From assembly GCF_009914755.1 (NCBI RefSeq), contig NC_060935.1: DNA of 64,000 bases; one strand, given 5' to 3'. The stretch is from the human T2T-CHM13v2.0 reference genome, Homo sapiens. The translations under genes were made by a program, and so were the position numbers. Positions 43,833 through 56,308 of the stretch are shown here, piece after piece (positions within the stretch are counted from its first letter, which is position 1; each line of letters opens with the position of its first letter). Under the pieces are notes generated by a model. That model was given only the letters and a program-made list of their open reading frames with translations, was not told where the DNA came from and ran no database searches.

Positions 43833-44127
43833 TTTTTCTTTTTTTTGTTTTTTTTTTGAGACGAATCTCGCTCTGTCGCCCAGGCTGGAGTGCAGTGGCT
43901 CTATCTCGGCTCACTGCAACCTCCGCCTTCTGAGCTCAAGCAATTCTCTGCCTCAGTCTCCCAAGTGGGTGGGATTACAGGCACCCACCAACACACCCGG
44001 CTAATTTTTTTGTATTTTTAGTAGAGACGGGGTTTCACCATCTTGGCCAGGCTGGTCTTGAACTCCTGACCTCGTGATCCACCAGCCAAAGTGCTGGGAT
44101 TACAGGCGTGAGCCACCTTGCCCGGCC
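43833..44127 (-). mobile_element. AluS (Sg/Sc-like) with a small internal deletion
   Basis: ctcctgacctcgtgatcc diagnostic; 16-bp TSD cacacagtgaattctt at 43817-43832 and 44128-44143. Confidence 0.97.
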
Positions 44128-45214
44128 CACACAGTGAATTCTTGTTGCACTACAAAGTTTGGGAGTAAATTAATAGACAGAAAAGACTGTAGTGTCAACT
44201 TTTTTATTAATGAAGTCTCTGAGTCTAGGATGCAAAATAGATACTAGCAAAATTTCAATAGAAAAATGTTTTTCATGATAAAAACTATATTTATCCAATT
44301 CAAAAAATGTCCTCATCAGAAATTACTTTCTTATTTTATCCTGATTGTATCTCATAATGCCAACTCATATTTTTTACATAAACCTTAATTTAACTTTTTT
44401 TTTCGAATTTTGTAAGAAGATATAAGAAATTCTGGTATCAGAAATTTCAGAAGGATTCTCAAGAAAAGAATCTACCTTCAGAGCAGGTGTTGAACATAAG
44501 CCATTTAAACTGATGTTACAGACTTTGATAAGAACGAAAGAAAGAAACAGAATGAACTCAACCTATCAGCTAAATCTTCTGATACTGACAGGATATGTGA
44601 AACTAGTACTGAAGCTCTGATTTTTCCTAAATTCCTTCTAACCCTAACTTTCATAACTTCAAAACTTAAAAAAAAATACACTCAGTGTTTTCAAGTTGTA
44701 TCACATTACACTTTGCCTCTATTTCTTTGCAAATCTCAGGAATGTTTCAGATCACTTATTTGTTACAGTTTTCAGCACCTTTGAGTAGACAATCCTTGAA
44801 AAAATGTCACTAACTCTAGAGTAAGGTGCCAACAGTCTGTTTATTGAAGTTATCTTTCTTGCCTTTGGTGACAGTTTCAAGTTCACTTGGACAGACTTGA
44901 GATAGAAAATGTTGCTCTTTAGGATTTTGTTAACTTATGTGTTCCTTCCTCATAAATAATTTTCTGTCTTGAGAATAAACCAGGAACTTGCAGTAGTAGG
45001 ATTTTGCTTTTGCTTTCTTTTAGAGAGGACATTTTTAGTTTGGAAACCTAGGGCTCTAATGTGACTTGTTCACCAAATGCCCTGCTTCACTGAAGGAAGT
45101 GAAGCATCCAAGGGTTTTATTATTCTTACTGTTTTTGCCAAATTAGGACAAGTTAATGTAGGGAATGAGAAAGACTAAAACTTGTATGATGTTTCACAAA
45201 TTAATCATAACAAT

Positions 45215-45750
45215 TCTAATCAATAGTGTTAATGGGCACCTGATATGTATTGAATGTTGCACTTTATGAATACATTCATTTTATACTCCCAGAATCTTTA
45301 GAAGATACATGATATCATTATTATCATTATTCTTCAGATAGAAGTAAGTGTTAGTTAACTAGCTTAATGGACAAGCTATTAAGTGACAGAGCAGGAAACT
45401 GAAGCTAATTCTCAAGAATTCAAAAGTCCATGCTCTTAACTACCATGGTGAACTTCATTGTTTAAGAAAATATAATGGTTCCCCATAGTCATTTATTGAT
45501 TTTTGCAAGTCTTGATGCATGCCTGTTTTGAAGAGTTTATCGCTGTAGGAAGGAAAATTATATATTCAATCCTTAGAATTTCCTGGGAACTGGAAGCACC
45601 TAGAATAGCACCTGATCCAACCAATTATATTTAGATAACGAACATATTTCCAGAACATTTAAATTACTTGGTCAGGAGCTGTGGTTAGTGAATGACATGA
45701 TAAGAATTAACATTTAGACCTCCTGGATTCCATTACAGTGTCTACACATA
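45215..45750 (-). mobile_element. Two MIR fragments
   Basis: agctattaagtgacagagcagg...caaaagtccatgctcttaactacc; ttacttggtcagg...ggttagtg. Confidence 0.55.
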
Positions 45751-46176
45751 GTAATACCAGTTTCTAAACAAAATCACATACAAAGTTTGCTTTTCATGTG
45801 GCTTAAAAATGAATCACAAATGTAATTTTTGTGCGAGTAAGCAAAATGGTAGATATCTTTCTAATACTCATATAGAAAGAAAGAGTTATGAAATATTCCT
45901 GACAAATTCAGCTAAAAATTGAGAGCAGTTTAAACCACTCAGGAGTCAGTAATATAACATTGTGGGTGAATTTTGCTCCAGGAAATGCTGTAATTTGTTT
46001 TCTTTTAAATGCAATCCAGTTTCAATTTTAGTTCTTGCTAAAATCTTGCTAAATACAGCAGGAGGACTAAAACAGTAATGGAGGTTTTCACCATCTTTGT
46101 GTCAGATCCTCTGCTCTGTAAAGAATCACAAAAATTGTAATTAAAATCTCCCTTTCCAATTAGAAAATCTGATTTG

Positions 46177-46904
46177 TTGTTGGACATTTGGGTTGGTTCC
46201 TGGATCAAGAAAATGTGGCACATATACACCATGGAATACTATGCAGCCATAAAAAATGATGAGTTCATGTCCTTTGTAGGGACATGGATGAAGCTGGAAA
46301 CCATCATTCTCAGCAAATTATTACAAGGACAAAAAACCAAACACCACATGTTCTCACTCATAGGTGGGAATTGAACAATGAGAACACATGGACACAGGAA
46401 GGGGAACATCACACACCAGGGCCTGTTGTAGAGTGGGGGGAGGGGGGAGGGATAGCATTAGGAGATATACCTAATGTTAAATGATGAGTTAATGGGTGCA
46501 GCACACCAATATGGCACATGTATGCATATTTCAGTAAAATATAATGGCTGAAGTATTTTTTCAAATGGACAGTTAAGCCAACCAACATCACTCTTAAAGA
46601 AAGCTCATCTTACTATTGGCAAAAATAAAACCAACATTAAACTCTGTTTTCTTACAAATAAAGGGGAGACAATTGTTTCAAAACTGGAGCCAAATATTTT
46701 CAAGATGGAACAATTAACTTAAAAACATGAGACATTACATTACAAAATAGAAAATTCTGTATGCAACCTAATTATGAACCCATTATTTTTCAAGGATAAG
46801 ACTGCATATAATGTTATTTTCTAGATTATATATTTTGAATTGTTATTTTCTAAAAAGGAAAGAAAGATTAAACAAAACCTCAAAATCAGGAAAAAAAAAA
46901 GAAA
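46177..46904 (+). mobile_element. Composite L1PA3/4-like insertion: 24-bp inverted 5' piece, L1 3' end (46201-46529), about 360 bp foreign sequence, poly(A)
   Basis: TSD agaaaatctgatttgtt (46162-46178) / agtaaatctgatttgtt (46905-46921); ATTAAA 46867-46872; A tail from 46891. Confidence 0.88.
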
Positions 46905-47072
46905 AGTAAATCTGATTTGTTAATTTCTTAATCACCCAGTCAAAATTTGGTCACACTTAGAAGGGCAGAAAAATACATAGCTGAAGTTTCAAAGGACAAG
47001 GAGCAAGCATAGATTTTAGGTTTCATTTAGTATTGTTTGTGAAACTTCTGGCCTGGTTATAAAACATGCTGG

Positions 47073-47170
47073 CAAATACAGTCTGATTTGTAAAGATGTT
47101 AATTTTCTTTATGACAATCTACAAATACAGTCTGATTTGTAAAGATGATAATTTTCTTTATGACAATCTA
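47073..47170. repeat. 49-bp tandem duplication
   Basis: caaatacagtctgatttgtaaagatg(t/a)taattttctttatgacaatcta x2, one mismatch. Confidence 0.97.
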
Positions 47171-47480
47171 GAAATAGCTATCAAAATTTAAAACATACAA
47201 AATTTGATCTGGAACTATATCTTTAAAAATTTATTCTACAGAAGTGTGAATGAAGATGCTTGTATAAAATGCTCACCATAGCACTGTTTGCAATGTAATG
47301 TAATATTTTTAAATCATATAACAGTGAATCAATCAGTGAATTACTAAATAAAATATATGACATGTATATTATGAAACATTATAAGCCTTTAGAAAGATGG
47401 AAGTAAAACTATGCTAATATAGAAATACCTCCAACATATCAATTTTATGTAAAAAATATATATTCCAGATAAAATATAAT
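47160..47480 (+). mobile_element. Ancient L1ME-type 3' fragment
   Basis: tatcaaaatttaaaac...atttattctacaga...atgctcaccatagcactgtttgcaat. Confidence 0.55.
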
Positions 47481-49289
47481 TCAATTTAGGTTTTGAGTAC
47501 ATGTAGACATGGACAAATAATACATAGACTGATAAATAGATAGATATGGATAGTTACTTACAAAATTATTTTTTGGTAAATTTATAGGAGAAGGAATGCA
47601 ATTAGAAGAAATTTCACATTTTAACCTCTCTGTATTTACATTTTGCTTTCCTAAGTAAAATAATTTTATTTGGTTCTTAAAGGATTTTTCAAGGCAGAAT
47701 TAATACTATGTTTAAGAAATCTTAAACTTTGAAACTTAATTTGAGGGAACCATTATATATGTTATCACCAAAGGAAGTTATGTATTGGAAGTTATGAAAA
47801 ATAAAACATTATAAATAGCCCTCATTAGTACATACTTCTTTTTGCTGAGAATTCTAGGAGTCCATAATTGCCCTTAGATGACAAAATTAAATACAACCAG
47901 CTAAGTAATTGTTTCAAAAACATTGTTTCCGGAAGATAACCTTTGGAAACCCTTTCCTTTTGAAACTTCATTTCAGTAGCTACCCAGTACATGAAGTTCT
48001 GCTTCATCTGCTGGAGAGAAGCACTTGTCTTCAGCTTATGTATGAGGTAAAGTTGTGGAACATGAACTTTTTCATTTCTTCTATAGGAGACATAAATCTC
48101 AAGGTGCTTGAATGATTCGATTACCTACTTCAACAAAGAGGGTTGATAATCACTGAAGATAGATCTATTGCTGGTGAATGAAGGTCTACCAATGATTTAT
48201 TAGTGCATTGAAACAGCAGTGAAATAGTTATGGCTGAGTGGGCATTTCCATTAAAAATATCTAGTTTGGAGCTTTCATTTTATGGCAGAAAACATCCATG
48301 AGACTAAAGTTTTCACTTTAAGCCCAGTGTATAATTACTTATTCAAAACTATTGGTCAGAAATTCGAATTAAGATCAGTTTGTGTTTTTCATTTTTATTG
48401 TGGTTTTTTGATGACATCAAAATCTCATTTTTAAAAACTTCAAGCATTTTATGGCATGTTGTATACCCTGGAATTTCTAAATACTCCAGAATTTTCTCAT
48501 GCTCTGACTTCACAAAAAAAGTCATGTCTTTTGAAAAATAACACAAAGGAGGCCATTTCAATTTGGGCCAATAAAACTATGACAGAGGAAGGAAAGTCAT
48601 TTGCTTTAGAAATCATTCTCCATTAATCTAACATCATCTGAGAATGTTTTCTTTTAAAAAATTCTGAAATCATTAGTTCAAGCTGATGGTTCTCAGTGAC
48701 TCATGTTTAATGTCTGAACTAAACAAGCTTTGTCTCAATTGCTTTCTACAATACTGACTGATTTTGATAAAATTTTATGTAACACTAATGAATATTAAGA
48801 ATTTTTGGATGCAGACTTTTTAAAGTCTGTGTGGATGCAAGTTTAAGACCAATATATTTCTCAGATGAATGTATCTTTTTTTACTTTAAGGGAATTTGAT
48901 GCTCAAAGGTAGGTTACAGATATATGTGAAAATACTGATTAAGATATATAATTTGCAGAACCATTTGTGACAAATTATTATGTAATCATGGCCAAAGGAT
49001 ATTAACATTTGGTGAAAATCCTACTTAACATCAGGAAGTTTATAGCATTAACTTATTTATTCTTTACAATAACCTAATGTAATAAGAAACTGAGTCTGAC
49101 AGATGGTAACTTGTCTAAGATCAGAAACCTATTAAATATGAACGTTAGGAATTCAACAACAGACCATCACAAAACTTGTGCTCTTGTTATGCCATGACTT
49201 TCTTTTTCTGTTTTACCTTTTAAAGTAATAATGGCATATTCATGCTTATATATATATTTGTGTTTCAGAGCAGAACTTTTATTAGCTTA

Positions 49290-49425
49290 GCATATATTCA
49301 GCTAGAATGCAAGCTTCTTGAGGGCAACAGCCAAGTCTTTTATGTTCCCCAGTGTATATCCAGCTCCTAACTTAATGCCCTTTGCCAGTATACCACAGTG
49401 AACATTTAGTAAATGTGTGAATAGA
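49290..49425 (+). mobile_element. L2 3' end
   Basis: ctagaatgcaagcttcttgagggca...tgtatatccagctcctaac...agtaaatgtgtgaata. Confidence 0.75.
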
Positions 49426-49918
49426 AATAAAATGTAAATAATATCTACTCAAAAGAATACTAATAACATAAGTTATACATGTGCATAAAATAGATAAATA
49501 ATTTGCATGCTATGTTTTAATATTTCAGAGGTCTCAGTTTGTCAGCAGTAAGCAGTAAGTCACATGGCAAATACTTAATTACTTATCACTACTCACATTT
49601 CATCCCTAAAGTAGATGGTCATACATTCATAACAACACTAGCTGCTGAGCCAGAACATAGCCATGAATTCCTACACAAATAGTACTTTGAAACACAACAG
49701 CAAATTGACCCAAATAGGTTTAGTATTGAAAAACATCTGCCACCTCTAGCTTAGTTTAGAATTGGTGATTTTGGTCTGCCTTACATTCTTATATTTATTC
49801 ATATTTAATCTTTAGCAAAGGACCTTTATAACTATTACCCTTATCTGATCTCACATAACCCTGAAAAACAAGACAGATATATTGTTAACTATTTTAGATA
49901 TAAGCTTCAAATGATGAA

Positions 49919-50279
49919 TATCTTAGTTTGTTTGGTCTCCTATAACAGAAGACCATAGATTTGGTGGCTTACCAACAGCAGAATTTATTCTCAAATTTAT
50001 GTAGGCTGGGAAGACCAAGGTTGAGGCACTGACAGATTCGGTGTCTGGTGAGGACCACCTCCTGTTCCATAAATGGCCCCTTCTTGCTGTGTCCTCACAA
50101 GGTTAAAGGGGCAAGAGAACTTTCTGTAATTTCTTTACAAGGGTACCAGTCTTATTCCTGAAGGCTCTACCCTCATGATCCGATTAGCTTCCAAAGGCTC
50201 TACCTCCAAATAGCATCACAAGGGAGGTTAGGATTTCAACACAGGAATTTGGACAGGCATAAACATTCAGTGAATAGCA
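49919..50279 (-). mobile_element. MLT1A-type MaLR solo LTR, inserted in a MIR
   Basis: cagattcggtgtctggtgagg, cttcttgctgtgtcctcac, aaacattcagtgaatagca; TSD atgaa/atgag. Confidence 0.88.
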
Positions 50280-50878
50280 ATGAGTCAGTATCTTATAGTG
50301 TTTAGCTAATTTAGACAAAAGTAGAATTCAGGTCTTTTTACTGTAAGTCCAGTGATCTCTTCTTGGTGACTTGCTGCATCCAGCTCAGGTTTCTAGTTAC
50401 ATAATCTAAAAACTGCTGAATTTTGCCATAGTCAAATGCAAATTTATATGACTCACTTTTCTAAATGCTTAGTTGGAATGTATGAAAGACACTGTAGAAT
50501 TGCTTATTGTCTAGTATAATGTCAATATTTATTAATTTAGAAAGCAACTTCTATATTGCTGGCATACTTGTAAGAAAAAGTAGTTTCTATACAGTAAAGA
50601 AAGTTAAAATATCATGTCTTAGTTGTGTCTAAAAGTGAGTAGAATTATTCATTTAATAACTTTCCTTAAATGAAATACAAAGGAATTTTTCTTTTAGTAA
50701 ATGCTGTTAGAGTCATAGAGAATAGACTCCTGATGATGTCCTTCATGTTAAGAAACAAAGTATTTTAGCCTAATGAAAACAAACACATAACATAGCTACT
50801 TTAAAAGGGCCTACTGGGTTAAACGGTATATCCCAATGTTCATGTCCCATGCAGAACTTCAAAATGTGACCATATTTA

Positions 50879-51210
<332 letters not shown>

Positions 51211-51458
51211 AAAAATAGGTTTATTGTAGATATAATTTGCTAAGATGAGGTCCTAATGAAGTAGTATGAGCCCTTAACTGAATATAACTGGTGTCCTCAG
51301 AAGAACAGAAGACACACCTACACAAACAGAATACCATGTGACAATGAAGGCAGAGATTGAATCTACTGATGAATCTACAAACTAAGGAACTCCACTGGCT
51401 GGCAACACCAGAAGGTAAGGGAAAGGCATGACAGAGACAACATCCCCCAACCCCCACC

Positions 51459-51896
51459 TGATAAAGGCAGGAGGCAGAGAACTCTCCTAGGCAGATAAAG
51501 GAGGGTACCCAGAGAGTCGCTGACCTTTCCCACAAGGGCTTACACCAGATGTTTTGTGCAGTTAAGGGAACTTGCACAGGGGGCTTGCCTGAACATGCCC
51601 GCAGCGGACTAAGGGCCCAACATGCACACTGCAGGGAGGGAGTGGAGCCACTGGGAATTTGTGCCTTATACAAATAGGGAACCCAACCCCATCCACTTTT
51701 ACATAAAAACTTTTATTCAACTGTGACGGGGGCAGCTGGGAACCTGCTTTCAGGACCCCATTCTGCTGAGAACTTTCCTTTCACTTAATAAATTATAATC
51801 CACTCACTCTTCGATGTCCACATGCCTAATTTTTTTCCTGGTCTTGAGATGAGAACCTGGATCTAGACTAATTAAGGAGTACAAAATCCTGCATCA
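51459..51896 (+). mobile_element. ERV1-class solo LTR (MER4 group; subfamily uncertain)
   Basis: TGAT...ATCA inverted termini, AATAAA near 51787, interrupts the MLT1. Confidence 0.8.
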
Positions 51897-51938
51897 ACCC
51901 CACTTGTAGAGCCTCCAGAAAGAGCATTGTCCTACTAA

Positions 51939-52704
<766 letters not shown>

Positions 52705-53224
52705 CTAACACCTTGATTTCAGACTTCTAGCCACCAGAAACAAGTGAGAGAAAATACTTTTCTCTTGTTTCAAGCCAATCAGTTTGTGACAGTTTGTTAT
52801 GGCAACCTTGGGAAACCAACACAGATGCTATTGAAAACAGAATATAACTGAGGTATAAAAATAGGTGGCAAAAACCAGAAGCAGAAATCATAAACTCTGT
52901 TATTTTTTAGGAGTGGGACTTTGCTTTGTTGAGGTTTCTTATTTGGGAGGGAGAAGAAAATTGAAAAAGAATTGCCTATTACTGTAAGCAAATTTCTGTG
53001 TGACAGAAAAGAAAGATGTCAAAGTGAAAAGAAAATTTGTAGTATTTATGGCATGTAGATAAAGTTACCCATCCACAATAAAAGATTTAGTCTCTCTGAT
53101 TCCTTTTTATCTACATTTGAGAGTTCAATTGAATTGCCCTGATCCTATAGCTTCAACAGACATACCCCTGTTTTTTCTTGTGTGATTAGTAATGTTTCTT
53201 TTTCATAAAACCACTGATGAACAT

Positions 53225-53430
53225 AGTTAAGTGTGATTGAGATCTCACTCAACACTAGGCTCTATTTTAGGTACTTTTGCATTAATTTATTTAATCCTGA
53301 CCAAAAATGCAGCAGCTTACATCACTCTCTCTATTTTAATGTAAACTTTAGAAACATTAAAAAAAAATTGTCACTACCCCATAGCTAAAAAGTCATGGAA
53401 CCAGGGATCCAACACAGACACGCCAACTCA
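53225..53430 (-). mobile_element. MIR
   Basis: cattaatttatttaatcctga...catagctaaaaagtcatggaaccagggatcc. Confidence 0.6.
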
Positions 53431-53823
53431 GCCGAGCTGTGATCTATTAGGTGATGCTTGTATCACAATGGGCATTTAGTCTACGTCCATTCTGACTTCT
53501 AACTAATCTAGAATCTATTGTTTAACATATATAGGAGTTTCCTGCCTTGGAAATGTGGGGAAGTATGACTAGATGATTTGAGTTTTTTGGTTTGGTAATT
53601 TTTTTTTAGTAATATTAAGTTCCTTATGATTGGTTGAGTATATTCTTGAATCAAGTTTTTGAAAAGGTGTATTCTCTTGTAACCTGCTTTTGCTCCATCC
53701 CTGACTTGGTGTCTACTACCTTATGAATTGCACTGACCTAGTGCATCACAGGTTTGTCCTCTGCTACTGTTTATGGGGAGCTGCCTGTTCCTTTGGCAGA
53801 ACCTCCTGATGTCTTTCGGCCAC

Positions 53824-53892
53824 TATACCTGTACTGAGCAGGTATACCTGTACTGAGCAGGTATACCTGTACTGAGCAGGTATACCTGTACT
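53824..53892. repeat. 19-bp minisatellite, 3.6 perfect copies
   Basis: (tatacctgtactgagcagg)x3 + tatacctgtact. Confidence 0.98.
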
Positions 53893-54349
53893 CCTGAAAT
53901 TCTCTGGCAGCACCATCCCACTGGGAACACTAAGAAACCCTTAATATTCTAAAAGGAGTTAATAGATTGCTGTAGGCACCTCATGTCAGCCCGTTGTTCT
54001 TATTTATACAAACTGGCCACTTGCAGATGATTTGTGAATGGTACAAAATTATGCAGTGTTTGGGGGCAAATAAGTAAACATCTTTACTATCTGAGAGTCA
54101 GGGACATTTTCTACTTTTATCTCAACAACTTCAATGACTTGCACTGAGGTTGGGACAACAATTGAAATAAATTTGGATAATAAGTGAATGCATGAAAGTT
54201 AGTAATGAAAGCATCTTGAATGACTTTTCTACTTATGAATTCATTTCTTATATAAAACAATTCCATTGCATTAGTAAATTTATTAATCAAAATCTAAGAA
54301 GGATGTAAATGACATGTGATCTGTATTAGCTATGAGATGTTATGTGTAT

Positions 54350-54530
54350 AAGAATGAATTCTAGAGCCAGACTGGTTTTTAATCCAGTGCTTACAAATTA
54401 TGTGACTTTTGACAAGTGACTTAGTTATCCCTGTCTCTCAGTTAACTCATATATCCTCATAATAAAGAATTTAAAGTTCTAAAAATGTACTTGGCAGAGA
54501 GTAAGCATTACTGTATATACTTTTTAACTA
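54350..54530 (+). mobile_element. MIR
   Basis: ttctagagccagactgg...tatgtgacttttgacaagtgacttag...tctcagtt. Confidence 0.7.
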
Positions 54531-56267
54531 CTAATGTCAGAGAAAAATAGCAGTAGGTATAATCATTTTTTTCTTATAAATCTAGCTTGAAAACCTGGAG
54601 ACAAGGGAAATATCTCCAGACTGTAAGTGAAATATTAACTTGAATAGCTGCTGTGCAAAATATGTGTTTGTTAACTGACTGAAGTATAAAGTAACATTTA
54701 ATCACATAAAAATAAATAAATTATTATTATTATTGTTATTGTTATTATTACTTGCCTATACTCTGTTAGAAATTCTAAGTTTGCAACAGGCATCATGAAT
54801 CCCTTTCTATCAACTTGAGCTTTAATTCACTTGGGGCTAGTTTTGGGATTTTTAGCCCTGAGCTAGAGATTTTTCATCTAGGTATAGAAAAGTTGTGGAA
54901 GCCACAGAGAATGAGGACAGAACACTTCTGAGAATCACCTGAAAGAAAAGGGGGCTTGCAGATTTCATTCAAATGTGACACCAGTTAGGGGGAGCATCCT
55001 GCAATCACAACTACACACTGCATCTATTGACTTCAGTTCTCTGACTGTTTCCCTGCGGAACGAATTCAAGCACAAAGCTCCCTCTGTCTTCAAAAGGAAG
55101 CTTCGTGCTTGAATGGGCTCGGCAGGAAAAAGATGAGAAACTGACCCTTGAGTCCTGTTCTTTTCTCAGATGCATTTGCCCAGGAGATACTGTGCTAAGA
55201 TATAAGAATGCCGTACAATTTTTAAGACGTTCATATGCAGGCTTCTTAAGAAATGGCAGTTGATGTGAATTTTAGATTTCATTGTGTGGAACTATATTAT
55301 GATATACATAGAAATAGTCTTTCAACTGAACCTTCCACTTAGTTACTGTGATAAAAGTTATTGTTAGACTAAGTCAAATATTTTTTCAGAAGTTTTGGAA
55401 GCTGTTACACAGAGTTTATTTTCAACTGTATGAAGAAGTGACCTGAATACTCCTGAACTAACCAAGAAGCTTCATGACATTTTGGCTTGACTTTTGAATA
55501 CATTAAATAAGAATTTTGGATATTGTGCATATTCTTACTCAATTCCTCTTTGATTTCAACTCTACAAGGGAAAACATAATCACATCTCTTAGGTAAAATC
55601 CCGTGTTAAGTTTACAGTTTAGCTCACTTTAAGTGCAAACGTTGTAATCAAGATTTTCAAGTATGCATATTGCCCTGAGAAATTCCCTTTTTCCAAAACT
55701 TTCTTGTTTGTGTGTGTTTCACATTAGCTCTTTCATGCCATCCTTATATTCCAAAATGATTAATTATTGTTGGTGGTTAGATTGCAAAGCAGAAAAACCA
55801 GCTGTAATTGAGAAATTTTAAATTGATTTTGTGTTGTGTATTGGTTCCAAATGCAGTAAGAGACACTGGACCAATTCTATAAAGCAGCAGCATTTCTACA
55901 TGCCACAGTATTGCATTCTGAGCATGACTACAATAGCATGCTGTAATCATTGAGATAATTCAAACACCCTCACATATTCCATATGCATTGGTGGTATTGG
56001 AGGGAGCTAGTACCAACCTGATAGAAAACAACTGGACTGTATATTTAGAACAATGAAGAAAATTTTATCAAAGTTGCTTTAAGCAATGAGTTTGTTTTTG
56101 AGGATATATTCAATAACACCTATGGTCTTTTTTTTTTTTCCTTACAGTTCTTTAAATTACTAAAGACCACCCTCTATGTTTCAAGTCTGACTGAAATTTG
56201 TACTTTTTGCCCAAGGTAGTTTTGAAAGGCAATTCAATCTTTGAAGGATTCAAAGAAAAATTTCACA

Positions 56268-56268
<1 letters not shown>

Positions 56269-56306
<38 letters not shown>
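56269..56306. repeat. (CA)n microsatellite
   Basis: Directly visible. Confidence 0.97.

Positions 56307-56308
<2 letters not shown>

Noticed and set aside
53824-53892. Palindromic direct repeats as a CRISPR-like array
   Set aside because: Units are head-to-tail with no spacers, in eukaryotic context with no cas genes.
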